Shown here: in pieces, positions 37,772 to 51,146 of the stretch | How the letters are laid out: every line of letters starts with the position of its first letter | Numbering within the stretch: position 1 is the stretch's first letter | Assembly: GCA_905178155.1 (NCBI GenBank) | Contig: CAJINV010000003.1 | Span: 3,963,600 to 4,027,599, forward strand | Length of the DNA stretch: 64,000 nt | Source of the DNA: Amoebophrya sp. A120 | Taxonomy: Eukaryota > Protista > Dinoflagellata | Reading direction: 5' to 3' | Made by a program: the position numbers and the translations under genes | Notes under the pieces: model-generated | Told to the model about the DNA's origin: nothing | The model's database searches: none | Seen by the model: only the letters and a program-made list of their open reading frames with translations

Positions 37772-39994
37772 TTATTTTTCTTTTTGTGTCATCAAGATTT
37801 GATCAGCGTAGGGCCGCCAGAAGTCTAGGAGGCGCACATAGATGCCTAGATGCATGCAGAGCGAGCGAATCATAAAAGCGGCGCGATTAACAGTGATGAT
37901 GTCCTCATCGATGGTTCCGCGTGGATCTTCCTGGTGCCAGCGCCGCACTAGGGAGTCCAGATTTTCCTTTCCGCCGCGTGTGTACAGATCCGGATGGTCC
38001 TCACTCATCCAGAAGCGCAACACCTGAAGCCGCAGCTTGTCGCTCATCTTGTCCGACCGGGCCCCCAATTCCTCTACGGCAATGCGATTCGCCTCCGCGT
38101 CGTGTTTTTCGCGAACTTCAGCATCCACCGCCCGCTCTCCTTCGTCGAGCGCCACGATCAGCCGCGCCAGGGCCAAGCGTTTCCGGATCGGGACCTCCTT
38201 CATCTGGCCAAAATCGATGCAACCCAGGCGCCCGTCCGGGAGCAGCAGGTAGTTCCCCGGGTGCGGATCAGCCTGGTGACAGCCGTCCACCAGCACCTGC
38301 CGGCAGAAAAAGTGCAGGAGCCGCTCCAATACCTCCGCCGGATTAATCGCCACGACGTCACCGCCGTATCGCAGTCTCGCGAGCTGGAACCGCGCCTTCG
38401 CGTCGGCCAAGGACTCGTAGCCCTCCACGCGGATGCGCTCGCGCAACTCCGCTTCCAGTTGTTCTTTGGAAACGTTCTTTTTGTCTGCGAGTTTTTGCAC
38501 CAGCAATTCCAGTCCCTGGATCAGTGTGTTCCCTTCCACGTACTCCATCACCAGAATGTTTTTCGATGCCAGAAGCGCCTCAGGCACGTAGATTCGTTTC
38601 CAGTCAGCGCTTCCCAACGCCACTATTTTTTGACGGCGCTCGTTCACCTCCTGCTGACGCGGAGCTGGGCTATGCTGCTGTTCTTGTGCAGACGTCGAGA
38701 TCGCTGGGACTGTACGCTTTCGCCAAAGAAATGCGAGGGGTTGAATGAGGATTCTGTTGAGAAACTGGTAAAGGCCTCTTCCTGCTTCCTGCCAGGCCAC
38801 TGCTGCAGCGGATGAATTAGAATTATCACGGGCGCAGCTGGCGAGCCAGTGGGCGCGGACCTTGTTTAGGTTGTTCGCCTCGCGTTCGTAATCAAACTCG
38901 GTAAGAAACATTTGCTCCAGTTCGGAAAGCTGCGGTACGAAACTGGGGTACGCCAAGTGGCAAAACGCCCGCATTGTCGCCATGTCGGAGCGAAAAAGCT
39001 TTTCGGTCCCCGGGACCTGGATCTTCACTGCCACATCGACCGTGCCTTTTCTTGTTTCGTCGGTATAAAATTTTCCACGGTATACCATGCCGATTGCCGC
39101 ACTGCCGATCGGTTTTTCGAGATTCAATCGTTCGAAGAACTGTTTTTCAATGTCCAAAGTACCGTCCTTGGATACCTTTGGATCAACATTGCGTGCACCT
39201 GCACTCTTTCCTGTACTACTTTGGTTTCCGACGTTCTCGTCCGTTTGCTTTTTTACTTTCTCCAGATCCTCGCAAAGGATTTTGCGTGCCTCCTCTGCCG
39301 TGAGACACACCGGCGCCTCGTGCTGCAGCTGTCGACACCAGGTGAGGTACGGCTCGGGCACGACGTCTTCCCGGAGGGACATAAACTGGGCGTTTTTCAA
39401 GTACAGGCCGCGGAGCGAGAGGCAGAGACGCTTCACTCGCGGGGAGTAGCGGTAGTGCAAGCTCTGGAACACATCGTCGCGATCCCCGCCGAACAGCCAG
39501 GCGGCGTAGTCGGCGTTTTGCCGATAAGCGAGGTCCAAGCTGCGGTAGTGCAGATAAATGGGGAACGCATTGGCCCAAAACAACGCACTGCGCCGGCGTC
39601 CCTTGTCCGCTAGAACGAGCGCCACCACCAGCGCGAGCGCCGAACCGCTCAGGAGAAAGATGCGCCCATTGTTCCGCGAGGAGGTCGACGATGTTTTTGA
39701 AGGGGACTGGTTTGATATGCTCTGCGGTGGCTCGGAATCTGGGACTGGAGATGCTGAACTTGTGGAGAAAAAGGTTGCATTGTAACCGCGAAGCCTCGGC
39801 GTCGTCGTCATCTCCAGAGAATCCAGAGTCGGCGCAGCGATGACGCTTTTGGCCGGACGGTCGTGGCCGGCTGATGTCCACCATGCGGGGCGACTGAGCG
39901 GTAGTGACCAAGTCGCGCACAGGCCGCCGTTGTACCCTCTATTAAGAGAGGACGAGCGTAGAAATCGGAGACCACGGCCAATGCATATCGACAT
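37772..39994 (-). CDS. ABC1/UbiB (ADCK) atypical kinase, intronless, probable mitochondrial transit peptide
   Basis: LRGLYLKNAQ, PIGSAAIGMVYRG, VAVKIQVPG, EFDYEREANN, LVMEYVEG, QADPHPGN, IDFGQ motifs. Confidence 0.92.
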   Translation of the reverse strand: MSICIGRGLRFLRSSSLNRGYNGGLCATWSLPLSRPAWWTSAGHDRPAKSVIAAPTLDSLEMTTTPRLRGYNATFFSTSSASPVPDSEPPQSISNQSPSKTSSTSSRNNGRIFLLSGSALALVVALVLADKGRRRSALFWANAFPIYLHYRSLDLAYRQNADYAAWLFGGDRDDVFQSLHYRYSPRVKRLCLSLRGLYLKNAQFMSLREDVVPEPYLTWCRQLQHEAPVCLTAEEARKILCEDLEKVKKQTDENVGNQSSTGKSAGARNVDPKVSKDGTLDIEKQFFERLNLEKPIGSAAIGMVYRGKFYTDETRKGTVDVAVKIQVPGTEKLFRSDMATMRAFCHLAYPSFVPQLSELEQMFLTEFDYEREANNLNKVRAHWLASCARDNSNSSAAAVAWQEAGRGLYQFLNRILIQPLAFLWRKRTVPAISTSAQEQQHSPAPRQQEVNERRQKIVALGSADWKRIYVPEALLASKNILVMEYVEGNTLIQGLELLVQKLADKKNVSKEQLEAELRERIRVEGYESLADAKARFQLARLRYGGDVVAINPAEVLERLLHFFCRQVLVDGCHQADPHPGNYLLLPDGRLGCIDFGQMKEVPIRKRLALARLIVALDEGERAVDAEVREKHDAEANRIAVEELGARSDKMSDKLRLQVLRFWMSEDHPDLYTRGGKENLDSLVRRWHQEDPRGTIDEDIITVNRAAFMIRSLCMHLGIYVRLLDFWRPYADQILMTQKEK

Positions 39995-40632
39995 AATCGG
40001 TTTTCATGACTCAACTTTTCGTTTTGTGGCGGCAGTCAAAAAACTGATCAAACATCTAGATAGAAGGAGAAAGTGCAGAGGTAAACACGTGCGGAGCGCC
40101 TCAACATGTCCTCATCTTTTGTCGTGCGTAATCGGACCTCCATCTCCATGTTGTTGAGAACGAGAACACGCAATTTTGAGTGATGCTTCTTGCGATGCGT
40201 GAGCTTGTCAGCAGACGTTTTCGGCTTCTGGTATCTTTTGTAGAGTGCGTGTACGGGCTACAAACTTACGTTTGGGTGAAAATCGAAGAGAGCGGCCGCC
40301 TGTTTCGGTCCGGACATATCTTTTCGGAGGTCCGATGTCATTTAGAGCGAAACAAGAGTCATACTTCAGTTTTTTCTCTTGTAAGTTATTTTTGCTTTTG
40401 ACATTCTTGATGACGGATGGACATGTACAAATAAGGAATCAGAAAATGGAAAGCTGGGGAGCTCATTTTTTAGTACATTGAAACCAAGATGATGAAACGT
40501 TAACTAGACTACAAGATCCCATCCGCAGAGTAAAAAGAGATAGTTGCAAAAAGTAAAATAAAGGTCGTTGGTTTCGGTGACTCGAACCCATACGTGCCAG
40601 GGTGACGTTTCCTAGTCGGAGATCTTCTCCAG

Positions 40633-41919
40633 CTACAGTGAGTCATGCGCCCACCGCAAAAGCTGCAGCGATTTCTCGAGGAAGAAGATACTGCACGCCA
40701 GGCTAGCCCTGACAGCGGCCTGGGTAGCTGAAAGGCTACTACTCCCAAGCCACCAGACCGCCGCTACGAATTGCTCTGATCGTGCAGCCAGCTGGGACAA
40801 GACGTCGCTCAGATACTTTTCCGAAGCGCCATAGGTTGGCACCGTCAGCAGGAGCGCAGCGCTCGAACTCCAACTCGTCGTGGGCTCGTCGGCTACACTT
40901 GTAGTCCCAGTCGCGCTGCCTAGATCCCGCTGAGCCGTGGTGGCCTCAAGTGGGTCTTGAAGAGGAGGAAATCGAACGAATTTCTCGCTCACTTGACCGC
41001 CTTGCGATGGAGGTGCACTACTGGTATTCCGATTGAGGTACAGGCGCAGGTAGGCATCACTGCACGCATCGGAGAGTTGCTGCGTCCACACTTCAAAGTA
41101 GCCGTGAGCGCCAAGCAGTATGAGGAGCGTGACTCCGAGGAGAATGACAAAACGCAGGAAACGCGACGTTGTGCTAACAGCGCTGCTACCACGTACAAAC
41201 TGTATCCCGCCGCTTCCTCGTGGAAATTTCGCTGCGGCGTCGTCCAAAATCCAAGAAAAACTCGGCAAACTTGTGTGCTGTTCGTGCTTGATTTCCACAG
41301 CACTTGAAGAATGCAGTGTAGTTGGCGTAGTTTCCGCACCGGAAAGGTCGACGAGGCCGCGTATTTCGAGGGAGTCATCGTCGAGAAAGCTAGGTCGGGC
41401 CAGATTGTTTCGTTGCGAAGGACGCTGGTGGAGTGTTCTTGGGACCACCTGTTGCGGAGCCGCGTCCAGCAACGGCCCGATGTTGACGCGAGAGCTGCTT
41501 CGCCCTCTGGAAGTGGCACTCCAGGGCTCCCTTGGTCTGCTCCTGGCAGCTGCGGTTGAAGCACTGGCACTGCCAGTAGAAGTAGACAGCCGGTACCGAG
41601 GCCCACTCGTTGCACGGGTATCAGACGTGTAGAAGCTGGCGCGGCTGGTGGTCGCAGAGCGAAAACGCGGCGAAGAATTTTGCCGCAGTCTCGAGCTCTG
41701 CGTGTTAAAGATCGGCGCTGCAGATCTTGTGGAGGGCGCTGCCAGACCCAGACCGGACGAGTTGCTTGAGGACTTCGAGCGCCACTTCGCGCATGTGGAG
41801 CATCCACGTCTACTATCACTCCCCGTCGCGCCATGCAGGAACATATTTTTCGGCTTCGTACTGCTATCGTGCGCCGATCGGAGTTGAGCAACCATCTTTT
41901 CTGCTTCTGACAACTCCAT
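40633..41919 (-). CDS. Hypothetical protein with one transmembrane segment; may be the last exon of the 47103 gene
   Basis: 428-aa ORF, hydrophobic FVILLGVTLLILLGA, frame open upstream of the ATG. Confidence 0.55.
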   Translation of the reverse strand: MELSEAEKMVAQLRSAHDSSTKPKNMFLHGATGSDSRRGCSTCAKWRSKSSSNSSGLGLAAPSTRSAAPIFNTQSSRLRQNSSPRFRSATTSRASFYTSDTRATSGPRYRLSTSTGSASASTAAARSRPREPWSATSRGRSSSRVNIGPLLDAAPQQVVPRTLHQRPSQRNNLARPSFLDDDSLEIRGLVDLSGAETTPTTLHSSSAVEIKHEQHTSLPSFSWILDDAAAKFPRGSGGIQFVRGSSAVSTTSRFLRFVILLGVTLLILLGAHGYFEVWTQQLSDACSDAYLRLYLNRNTSSAPPSQGGQVSEKFVRFPPLQDPLEATTAQRDLGSATGTTSVADEPTTSWSSSAALLLTVPTYGASEKYLSDVLSQLAARSEQFVAAVWWLGSSSLSATQAAVRASLACSIFFLEKSLQLLRWAHDSL

Positions 41920-42853
41920 CAGTGGATAAAACGTATAGATGCGGCTGCGGGTTGTAGTTTGGACACACGGACTTAAATACCAACTGCCTTTACAACGTGC
42001 AAGAGAACTACAACTAGCAGTGTACGGTGTGATGCTGTACAGTATTTTTCTCGAGGGCGCACCACCCAGAGTTCGAGAACCTGAAGCTCGACACGAGTCT
42101 TAATTCTGTCACTCTCTCTCTCTCTCTCTCTCATGTTGCAGTCGAGTACTATCCGTCGTACGATGAGCAGACGCGACGTCGACAGGAGGAGCTAGTGCGA
42201 AACTACGGGTCAGACAGGCACACAAATCCGATTATCGATATCGTGTAGCTGAGACGAAGACAAAACAGCACGTCAAAGCGAGTTTAAACTTTTCGTGCTC
42301 TTGCAAGCACTGTGGTGCGCGCAATGAAAATGAAATCATGGGGTTGGGAGCAACATGAATCATTGATCAGCATTTGGAAAGAGGACGGCATTGACATTCA
42401 CACTGTCCTGCACTGCGACTGTAATTGCATCCCTTGCGACGTCCCGCTCAGCGTGGTATTCTTCGGGGACTTGCTGCAATAGTCGGAAGCACCCCAACCG
42501 TAAACAGATCTGCCCATACTCTTTTCCATACCTCGTTGCCGCTTCAGTGAGGAAAAAGCACACTTCTCTACAGGGGCCAACTCGTTGCACTGCCAAGCGC
42601 ACCTGGTCGTGCAGGAGTTGATTTTCTGTTGCAAGTGATACGAAGTTACGAGTATGACGATGACCCTAATAAATGGAAAATTGAAAAAATTCATTGCGTC
42701 TGCAGCTGTCCATAGAATTTTCCGTCAATGATGGTAAAAAGTAAAAATGAGAAAAGAAAAATGCTAAATCCCAATTATACCGCACGAGAAAACAAGCCGA
42801 TCCTTATTCTCCCGGCCTTGAGGCCATTTGCAAAAACCAGCATGGCTTGCTGA

Positions 42854-45800
42854 TCAACAAGTGGGTCCCCGCGCACGCTGCAATTCTCCACCATGGATAT
42901 GACTGCCTCGAATATACTCGAGCGGAGCACCTGCGAAAAGACGGATAGGAGAGTCAAAACATAAGCAACCAAAAAACCTACAGCATAGCAGACAGACGTA
43001 ACGTGGACAAACAAACCGCGTAGTCAAGCCGTACAAGCCAACAAGTACCTCCGAGGAAATGTGGTAAATGCAGTGCACAAATATGCGCATGGTTTTCCGG
43101 CACAACGTTACGGGTTGCAGTTGTGCCGATGTCAACCCTCCCTCTGGACATGTTGCCGCGGACGATGAAGATGGCGAAGCGGCGTTGTCGCTCCAGTTCT
43201 CCTTGTGGGTGAAGTTGCAGGCACGCTTTGCAAGCAGTTCCACGAGGTCGCTGCAATTACTTCCCTTGGGCTTCTGCGCTTCGACAACAGCAATTGCTTT
43301 TTCTAGCGTTTCGGAGAGGAAGTTTAAGTCTTCTCCCTGCGGATTGGTCGTATGGCGGAGCGTTGCCAGAACACTTTGCTTCAAGTCCTGTATGGTACTC
43401 GCGGCTTGCTTGTTAAGACGGGTGTGAGCAGGACTCCGCGCACCTCCTGCACCAGTACCAGAGGACTGCCACGGCTGTTGCTGTTCGATCATGACAGCCT
43501 CGCGCTCCTGGAGCATCAGATCTGCTGAATCCGCGTTGCGTGAAACTTCCACTTTGTTCGTACCGGAGCTGCCATCTTCTCTCGCTGTCTTGGAACCTCC
43601 AGTCGTCGCTGCTACAACAGATCTCTTCGACACTGAGTCTTGATGCGATTGCGAAGTCACAACGACGGCGCGATCATCAGATTTTTCTTCTGTCTTGCTT
43701 CTGCTGTTCCCTTTGCGGGGTATGCGCGGTTCCTGCCCGAGCTCGGGGTTCGCAGTTGTCCCGAGAGACACCGTATCAAATGTAAAAGTGTCTGGGTCTG
43801 GAAACTTGTGATGCTGGGTGGCGTATCATGATGAGGCCACAAGTGCTGGCCCATCATGACAAGTTTCCGAGCTTCTAGGTGTTGCCTATTCTGCATGACA
43901 AACTGCGTTTCTGCATGACAGAAAAGTGGAGCGCTTGGGCAACGTGCGTGACAGATTCAAGAGTCATGCCAGACAAGCATGACAAACATGCATTCTTCCA
44001 GACCCAGACACTTTTGCAATCCATACACCGTGCGAGTCGTCGGGACTCGCGGTTTTCGATGCGGCAGGGCCGCGTCGGCGGCGCGCACAGCGGGTCCACG
44101 GGGACTAGTCTGTGTGGTGGTGGCAGCTCTATTTTTCTGTGCGATCTGCTTCGGCGGCTGGGGCTGAGCCGGTACGGTGCCCGCCGAGATTGGCACTCGC
44201 ACTCTCGCTTTCGGTTTAGTCTTTGCTCCTCTGTTGCGATTGCAAGTAGTCTCGCCCGTAGCGGACGCACGGTTAGAAGTACTACCGACTTGCTTAGTGA
44301 CTTCGCTTTTGGATCGCTTCATCAAGACGCCTTGATTACTCACCCGCTGTGCGGCGACGTCATTCTGAAACGCTTTTCGTGAGCGCGCTGTCAGGGCCGC
44401 GATTTTCTCCGGCGGAAGGTCCAGGGAGTCTAGTTGAAGGCTGTCGAGGAACTGCTCTACACGCGGATCGTCTCCAACCGTCTGTGTCCCATCCTTCCCA
44501 CTCACGCCATTTGGATCTGCGTGGTCGACGGCAAGAACTACACCGAGACCCGCGGCGACCTGCGGAGCCTGTACTGGCTTCGCGCGCAATGCTCCTGTCT
44601 CCTCCTGTGCGCCGCTAGAAGTAGAATTCGTGTGCTCTGGATACAGCATCGTCGTCACAACAGACCCGCGCGAGGGTGCTTGATTGGTCGAGATGGGCGA
44701 GACGTGGTTCTTCGTATTGAAACGCGACGAAGAGGAGGCTGCGGGTTGCTGGTGCGCAACTTGTTTAACACTTGCAGGTTTCATCTCAGCCACGACCACT
44801 TTGGTTTGCGGTTGCGGTTTTCCAGTGCGGTGTGCTACGAAAGGATCATGCGGGTTCGATGTAGCGGACGGTGACTCACCGTGGTTTTTGTCTACAGGTT
44901 TCATCTTGTCGGCGGGCCGGCCCTTGGGACGAGTCGTTGTACCAGCACTGGCACTGGACGCCGTGGTCGAGGTGGTGGTGAGAAGGATAGTACCCGAAGC
45001 GGCAGGAGCGCCGGCACCGGTGTCTCCCGACGAACCCTTTGAAGATGCCCCACTGGCAGCAGCGGAAAAGACAGCCGAGGCACTCATCGGAGCCTGGATT
45101 TTCAGCGTTGAAAACGGAGCACGCAGGGGTCGCGGCGATAACGTTGTCCAAGGATGGTTGGAACTGGCATTTTTACTGGTGTGCTGGAAGAGACGCGAGG
45201 AGCCACTACTGGAAGTAGAAACCTCCTTTGTGCAAGCGCGCGCAGTACTACTACCCGCACCGTGCAAAGCTGCCTTGGAAAGCACTGACGTGCCTCTCGT
45301 GCTGTTTGTACGGATGGCATCTTGCAGGTCCTTTAAGCTCGCTCGTCTTTGCAGGGTTGCTACCGTGCGATCGAAAGAACGCTTCAGAGGAGGAGAGGCA
45401 AACCGCAGGAGCGGAAACTCACTTTTTCGTGCGAGGCTGCTCTTGCTGCCGCCATGACTGCAGGTCGTTGGGCTCTGTGGCCTGCGGTAGTGTTGCGATT
45501 CTTGCTTTCGATCGCGTCCAGCACCATCAAGCGGGCCGTTTGCATTCTTACTTTGTCGACAGGACGAGTCTGCAGCTTCAGCATCACCAATTTCGGAAGT
45601 TTTTCCACTGGACGCCGGAACAAGTTCAACATGTTCATCTTGTTGGCGCAGCAAAGACGTACTACTTTGACCAGTCGCGTCACGTGAGTAAGCATTAGAC
45701 CACGCGTTCGTCGTGTTAATCGTCCTCTGCGCTGCGGCTGCTTCTGTTTGTGGCCATGCGAACTGCGGCGGAATGTGCACGGCTGGTGAGGCGGCGATCT

Positions 45801-47103
45801 GTGGCACGACCCATCCGTTTTGCGATGGCGGGCGCACCTGTGCGGAAGCCGCTCGACTCGGAACGAAGGGCGGCACTTTTATGCTCGTGTCCCCAAAACC
45901 AGCCGCGTCGACGGGAATACGCACCGGCTTGTCGATCTTTTTCAGTAGCGGAGATCGGAAGTCCACGACCTGGTGCGACACATTGGTAGTGATTGCGGTC
46001 CTTGGTCTGTTAATTGCTAGTGCACCACTCGATGGCCGCGGACCTGCAATGCGTGCGGAAGAAATCGGCCTGCTGGTTGAGCCGTGAGCCTGACGAGAAA
46101 GCGTTCGTGACGGGGGGTAGAAAAGAGTGAATCCCTTGCTGGTCGTCCTCTGGGCTCGTGACGAGGTTGCTGCCACTGCGCCTCCTGGTGCTTGGTCTCG
46201 CTTCTTCCGATAGCCTATACTTGTGGAACTGACAGACCGGCTCACTTGCGAACAAAACGCAGCCTGGTCAACGACCGTATCAGGTTCAGGGCCGCGAGCT
46301 GCTGCGCTTGCATTTTCGGTTTCTGAAGATAGGACTTGTCCCCGCTCCATCGGTATCGGTCTGCCTGCGTTTTCATCTCCCTCTGTGTTTCCACCGTACA
46401 CGACCTCACGTTTCGAGCTCCCACCATCTCCGTCTAGAACTTCAACTTCTCCCGCTTCGGTTTCAATGGGTTGTTCCTTTTTATCCAATTCTCCGCCGAC
46501 CGCGGACTTCTGCTTTTTCGGAGACGCGCTGCGGCTGCTGGGGGTCGTGTAACTGTGCGGCTTCCGTCCGGTGGGCGTACCGGGGTACTGTTGGGTGCTG
46601 AGGCGCTGCAGGTGCTGTCGGGATGCTTGAATCGCTGCCCGGGCGCGCTCGCACAATTCTTCTGAGCTCTTCAACTTGCTTTGCAACAGTACCGACGCAG
46701 TCGTGGCACTAGCTGGTATGGGGGCGAAGTCTCTCGAGTCGTCTTTTTCCACTGCAGCTATGGTGCAGTTTGCGTCCGAAGGTGAATAACTCTTCTTCGG
46801 CGTCATCAGCACCGACTCTGCATGTTGTTCTCCACCTTGCGTGTCGGTGGCGCCAGGTCGAGGTCGGTAAATCTTCAAGATTTTATCGTCTTCGATCTCT
46901 CCTCCAGCTAGGCCACGTCCCAGATCTTCCCGGGTGCTCGAAGTACCCGTTGTGCGATCGGGAACAGCGGCAGCCAAATCTTCCTCATCGACGCCGGGCG
47001 ACAAGTGCGGCTTCCCAAGCTGGTGCCCCTGGGTAAACATGAACGCCCCCCGGCGGGTTCCATACGCAGCCGGTCCGGGATGCTGCGTTGGACTGGGAAT
47101 CAT
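42854..47103 (-). CDS. Large low-complexity hypothetical protein (>1,250 aa) interrupted by introner 43774-44025; 3' exons unresolved
   Basis: 1048-aa and 305-aa ORFs join (PTTRTV-SLGTTANPE) upon element removal. Confidence 0.7.
43774..44025. mobile_element. Introner element, main TIR, family C (252 bp), TSD CACCG
   Basis: TIRs present; CACCG at 43769-43773 and 44026-44030; frame restored. Confidence 0.93.
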
Positions 47104-47783
47104 AATCGATCAGTTTGCCTATAGCACTTCCACTTCTAGGGAAGCATGAATTTTGCTATGTATCAAAATTATCTTGCCGCAACTACGCTGTGGTGCCCGC
47201 ATGTTATCAAATACAACGAAATCGATTGTTGGCTTCATTTTTCGCGCTTTGAAGTCTGGTCGCTCCAAGTGTTAAGTATAAGTACACGTTTTTCGTGCTT
47301 CTTTTTCCAATTTAAAGGCTGGGACCGCCTCTATCAACACAGTCTGGTTGCACAAGACAACTCGAACTCTGCGGTTTACGAATAAGATATAAGATTCGCC
47401 CGGGGGGGAAAGAAAAACAAACAGAAGAAAATGAAAATCGCACGAATTAAGCAATAGTGTATCTCATACCCTAACTGTACCACCGCTTCATAAAAATTGC
47501 GTGCAAACTTTTCAGCCTTGGTGTATAAGGACACATAGAAATACTAGAACACCTTCGTCCGTCCCTGAGTGAGTGGTGGAAAGCTACGGCGTTCTCACCC
47601 GGAGCGAGAACCTCAACCTTGAGGGTGGCGGTGGGAATCGAATTGAAATTGTTCGTTCGCAATCCATCAATAACAACCCTGAGCAGTCGCCCTTGGCAGC
47701 AGCAAGGCGCTTCAGAGGGCTCTTTTGTTCATTCAGTCTAGCTTTATCAGCAGTTCTTTGAGAATTGATACGCGCGTCATTAA

Positions 47784-48521
47784 TTATATTGCGTACGTTT
47801 CACCTGCGAATTGGTTGTTGAGAACGTACGTTTCTTCGCGGTAGAGTATTCGGCGAATTTTGAATTTTTCTCCTTTCGGGTCCAACACTTTTTTGCGGCG
47901 CAGGTCGGTGGCGAGATTTGCGTCGTCGAGCACCACAGCCGTGCTGCTTGCACTGCTCATCGAGGCCACCGTCCAGCCGTGCTGCTTGTCGGCGGTAGTC
48001 AGGAATAGGGAAAGCGACGAGTTCGCAACGACGTGCTGGTGGTCCCGAAGCTGCGGTGGCTTCGGCATCAGCCCGAGGCTGGCAATCAGCGCTGCTGGTA
48101 GCTCGCTGCCGGCAACGTCGCCGATGCCGGGTACGAAGGTTTGCCCCTCGAGATGAGAAGAACTATTAGGTGAATTCTCCGAAGAACCGGAGATCCCCAT
48201 AGTGATCAGTTTCGACTGCAACATGCTGGTCTTTTGCAGCTGATACTGTTCTCCTTTCGCACCGCCTCCGGCCGCGGCCTGCTTGTCCGCATCGGTGGCA
48301 GGCGTCAAATCCATGTCCACTGACGTTGTTCCACCATCTCCTGGAGGGGCACTGGTTCCTGCGTCCACGATCCGGAAGATTTCGACGGCATCTGGAAAAC
48401 GTACGCGCAAAATGGCCTTCTTTGCGTCGTCCGGAAGAGGTACCAGGGGGCGCTTGACCTCGATTTGCTCCTCCCAGCTGTTGGGAATCTTACCCTTGCA
48501 GCAACAACACAGACAGCCCAT
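47784..48521 (-). CDS. Hypothetical protein with N-terminal acylation motif; probably continues past an intron
   Basis: MGCLCCCC start (ATG at 48521) fits myristoylation/palmitoylation; ~245 open codons. Confidence 0.55.
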   Translation of the reverse strand: MGCLCCCCKGKIPNSWEEQIEVKRPLVPLPDDAKKAILRVRFPDAVEIFRIVDAGTSAPPGDGGTTSVDMDLTPATDADKQAAAGGGAKGEQYQLQKTSMLQSKLITMGISGSSENSPNSSSHLEGQTFVPGIGDVAGSELPAALIASLGLMPKPPQLRDHQHVVANSSLSLFLTTADKQHGWTVASMSSASSTAVVLDDANLATDLRRKKVLDPKGEKFKIRRILYREETYVLNNQFAGETYAI

Positions 48522-51146
48522 TACGAGATGATGTGCTCGCAAAAGGTGCACCTACTTCATTTCATGATCGACACACACTGGCGAGGGATGAAAAACTATC
48601 ATAAAGGCGCTTTCTATTTTTGATTTTGCAGTTGATTAAAGCTCACGAAAATCGTCACTCAAAAACAGGAAGGAACTAGACACTAAACTCTTTCATTGAA
48701 CTAGGGGTGTTACTGAATGAAAAGCAAAACGATTTTTCCGGGCGAATAAATGGGAAAACTCGAACTACCAAACGAACACGGAGAACTACAATATATGAGT
48801 TGCAGGACCTGCTTACTGACCACAGGAGCGTTTGGTTTTTGCGAATAGGAAAACACACACGGACGAGCGACTGATTCGAAGAGATGATGGATCCACGGCA
48901 CTTTTTGGACCTACAAAAATACTGACTCTCACGAAACTCGAGATTAATTCTCTCATGAGACTAACACTGAATCGACCTCTTCCACTCTTTTTCTACATTC
49001 TCCACACACCCAAAATCTGTACAACATTTGCGAGAATATCGACGAAATACATGGAATCTGAATCAAATTTGGAACTATCTGGTGTGGACGGACAGCATCA
49101 TATCGTTGCGTCCTACTCGCACACTGTTGCCATCGGCATCCTGATTGAGCGTCGATATCTAAAGCGCACTGGTGGCTGGCAATCAAAGGCAACAATAAAC
49201 TGGTCCTCGAAATGGAAAATTAGTGTAAGCCACCACGTGTAGTTCTGCGTCTGGATTGATTTCGCCCAGGAGATTCAGACGACACTATAGTCGTGCGGCT
49301 TCAGATATATTTCTGTCCTGTAGATACAGCAGCCAAAAGAATCGAAATTATTCATTTTCACATGCGGTTCCCTATTGCATAAATATATTGTCCCATATCA
49401 ATGTTGATAAATCACTGAGATAATTGGTACAACGGGGTAGCAATCTGCAGTAGAATATTACTTAGTAGTCTCGCGCAAAGCAGATGAAGCACTACAGCGT
49501 TAGCGTGCGCTGCGAAAACGTGAAAGTCAAAATCTTCGCATGCGCCGCAGAATCTGCTGCATGGATTGCGCCACTATTCCGGCTTCGTTGTGTAGCACGT
49601 CAACTAAAAGTTTTTGGTGACACTTAGAAAGAATTTATTGTGGTGAATAAGATACCTAAAAAAGAGGTCGGACATCTGTACAGATGTGATAGGAAAACAC
49701 AGACACGAATGAGTGAGCAGGCGGTTCATGCCTTTGTCAAAAAGAAGGTGGGGGCAGAGAGAGGAAAGGACAAGGAGTGCAGACAGAATAAAGCAGCCGT
49801 GCGTGGACAAGCCTTGTGGCTGCACTGCAAAGGCGCCTCTACTCCGGACATTCAAGTCCCTTTCCTCGTTCGTGTTTCCGGGAATCTAAGCTTTACTCGG
49901 TAGGCGAGTTATCCGAGAGAAAAGTGTTTCGCTCTCCTTTTCCGGGAACAGCTCATCGGTTCTACTCAGAAGTAGGGGCGAAACGGCGAAAACGTGGTCG
50001 CTGGGCTGAGTCAATATTGCTTTTGTTGTCTAAAAATATCAAATTCAAATTAAGTTCGAAGTTGCATAGTTTGATTGTGAGTAGTTCCAGCCTCGTCTAG
50101 TAGTAGTGTACTAAACAAAAAAGTACAAAGCTGAAGATGAAAAATCGTTTTTTTTTTTCTGAGATTGCAAATTATCGAGCAACCACGATTGACAGCGGGC
50201 GGTCTTCGATAGTTTTAACAAGTAGTGCCAATCCAGGATAGCGTCGTGGAATTCTCCAAGACTGTCAACTGTACTGTAAGGGCACAAACATAAGATATCA
50301 ACATGCTCATGTTTTCGTTCCATAGCTAGTACGAGCCGCGAGCTATCGCATTCGATATCCGGTATGGGATTGCCTTTCTAGTCGCGCCATTATCGACATT
50401 CATACGTTTTACAACTACACAGCAACGCAAGTAGATTTTCTGCCTCAACGGTTCTACATACAAGTGCATACATTGCAATACACTTAAGTCAAGTTGATAG
50501 GATAATACACTCGAAACGAAAATAAACCATAGGTACATCTATATCTCTGATTTTTTTTCTGATTTGCGACACTTGCCAGGCACGAAAACGTACCCTCTTC
50601 TTGTATTTTTTTGTGTATCTATGGAGAGACAATCCTTTTTGTGTCTGAGGGTAGTCGTGGTAAGAAACGTAGCTGATTTGATGTGATAAGAAGGTGTTGC
50701 AGGCGAAGAATTGCGCCTTTTCTTGCCAGGATGTCTGTTAGTCCCATAGTCTTGTTGAATCAGAAACCATGCTTTCTTGAACTACTTGTTACATCGAAAC
50801 ATTAAAAAATCTAAATGACTTAATATTACGGCTTTCGAGCCGTCTTTGAGCCGCCGAGTACGTGGTATCCCTATTTCAGCTGGTGACGTGCCAAACTGCC
50901 ATATCGAGCCTTGATGTGAGAATAAATACTAGAAATCAGAGAGTGTGAATAAGCAGTGAGTCCAAGACCTCCGCTCCTTCGGAGTACCAGCGAAGATCTA
51001 GATCCTGCCTTTCCTTTCAGCGAGTTTAATTTTTATCAAGAGGTGTGTGAGAGAGTTTATTTCGGTAGTTTCTTTCAACGATCGAGAGCATGCATAGGGG
51101 TGTGCCAAATCGCAACTGTGATACGAGATGAAAACATGTTGAGCGA

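Noticed and set aside
42112-42132. (CT)n microsatellite
   Set aside because: Ordinary short simple repeat.
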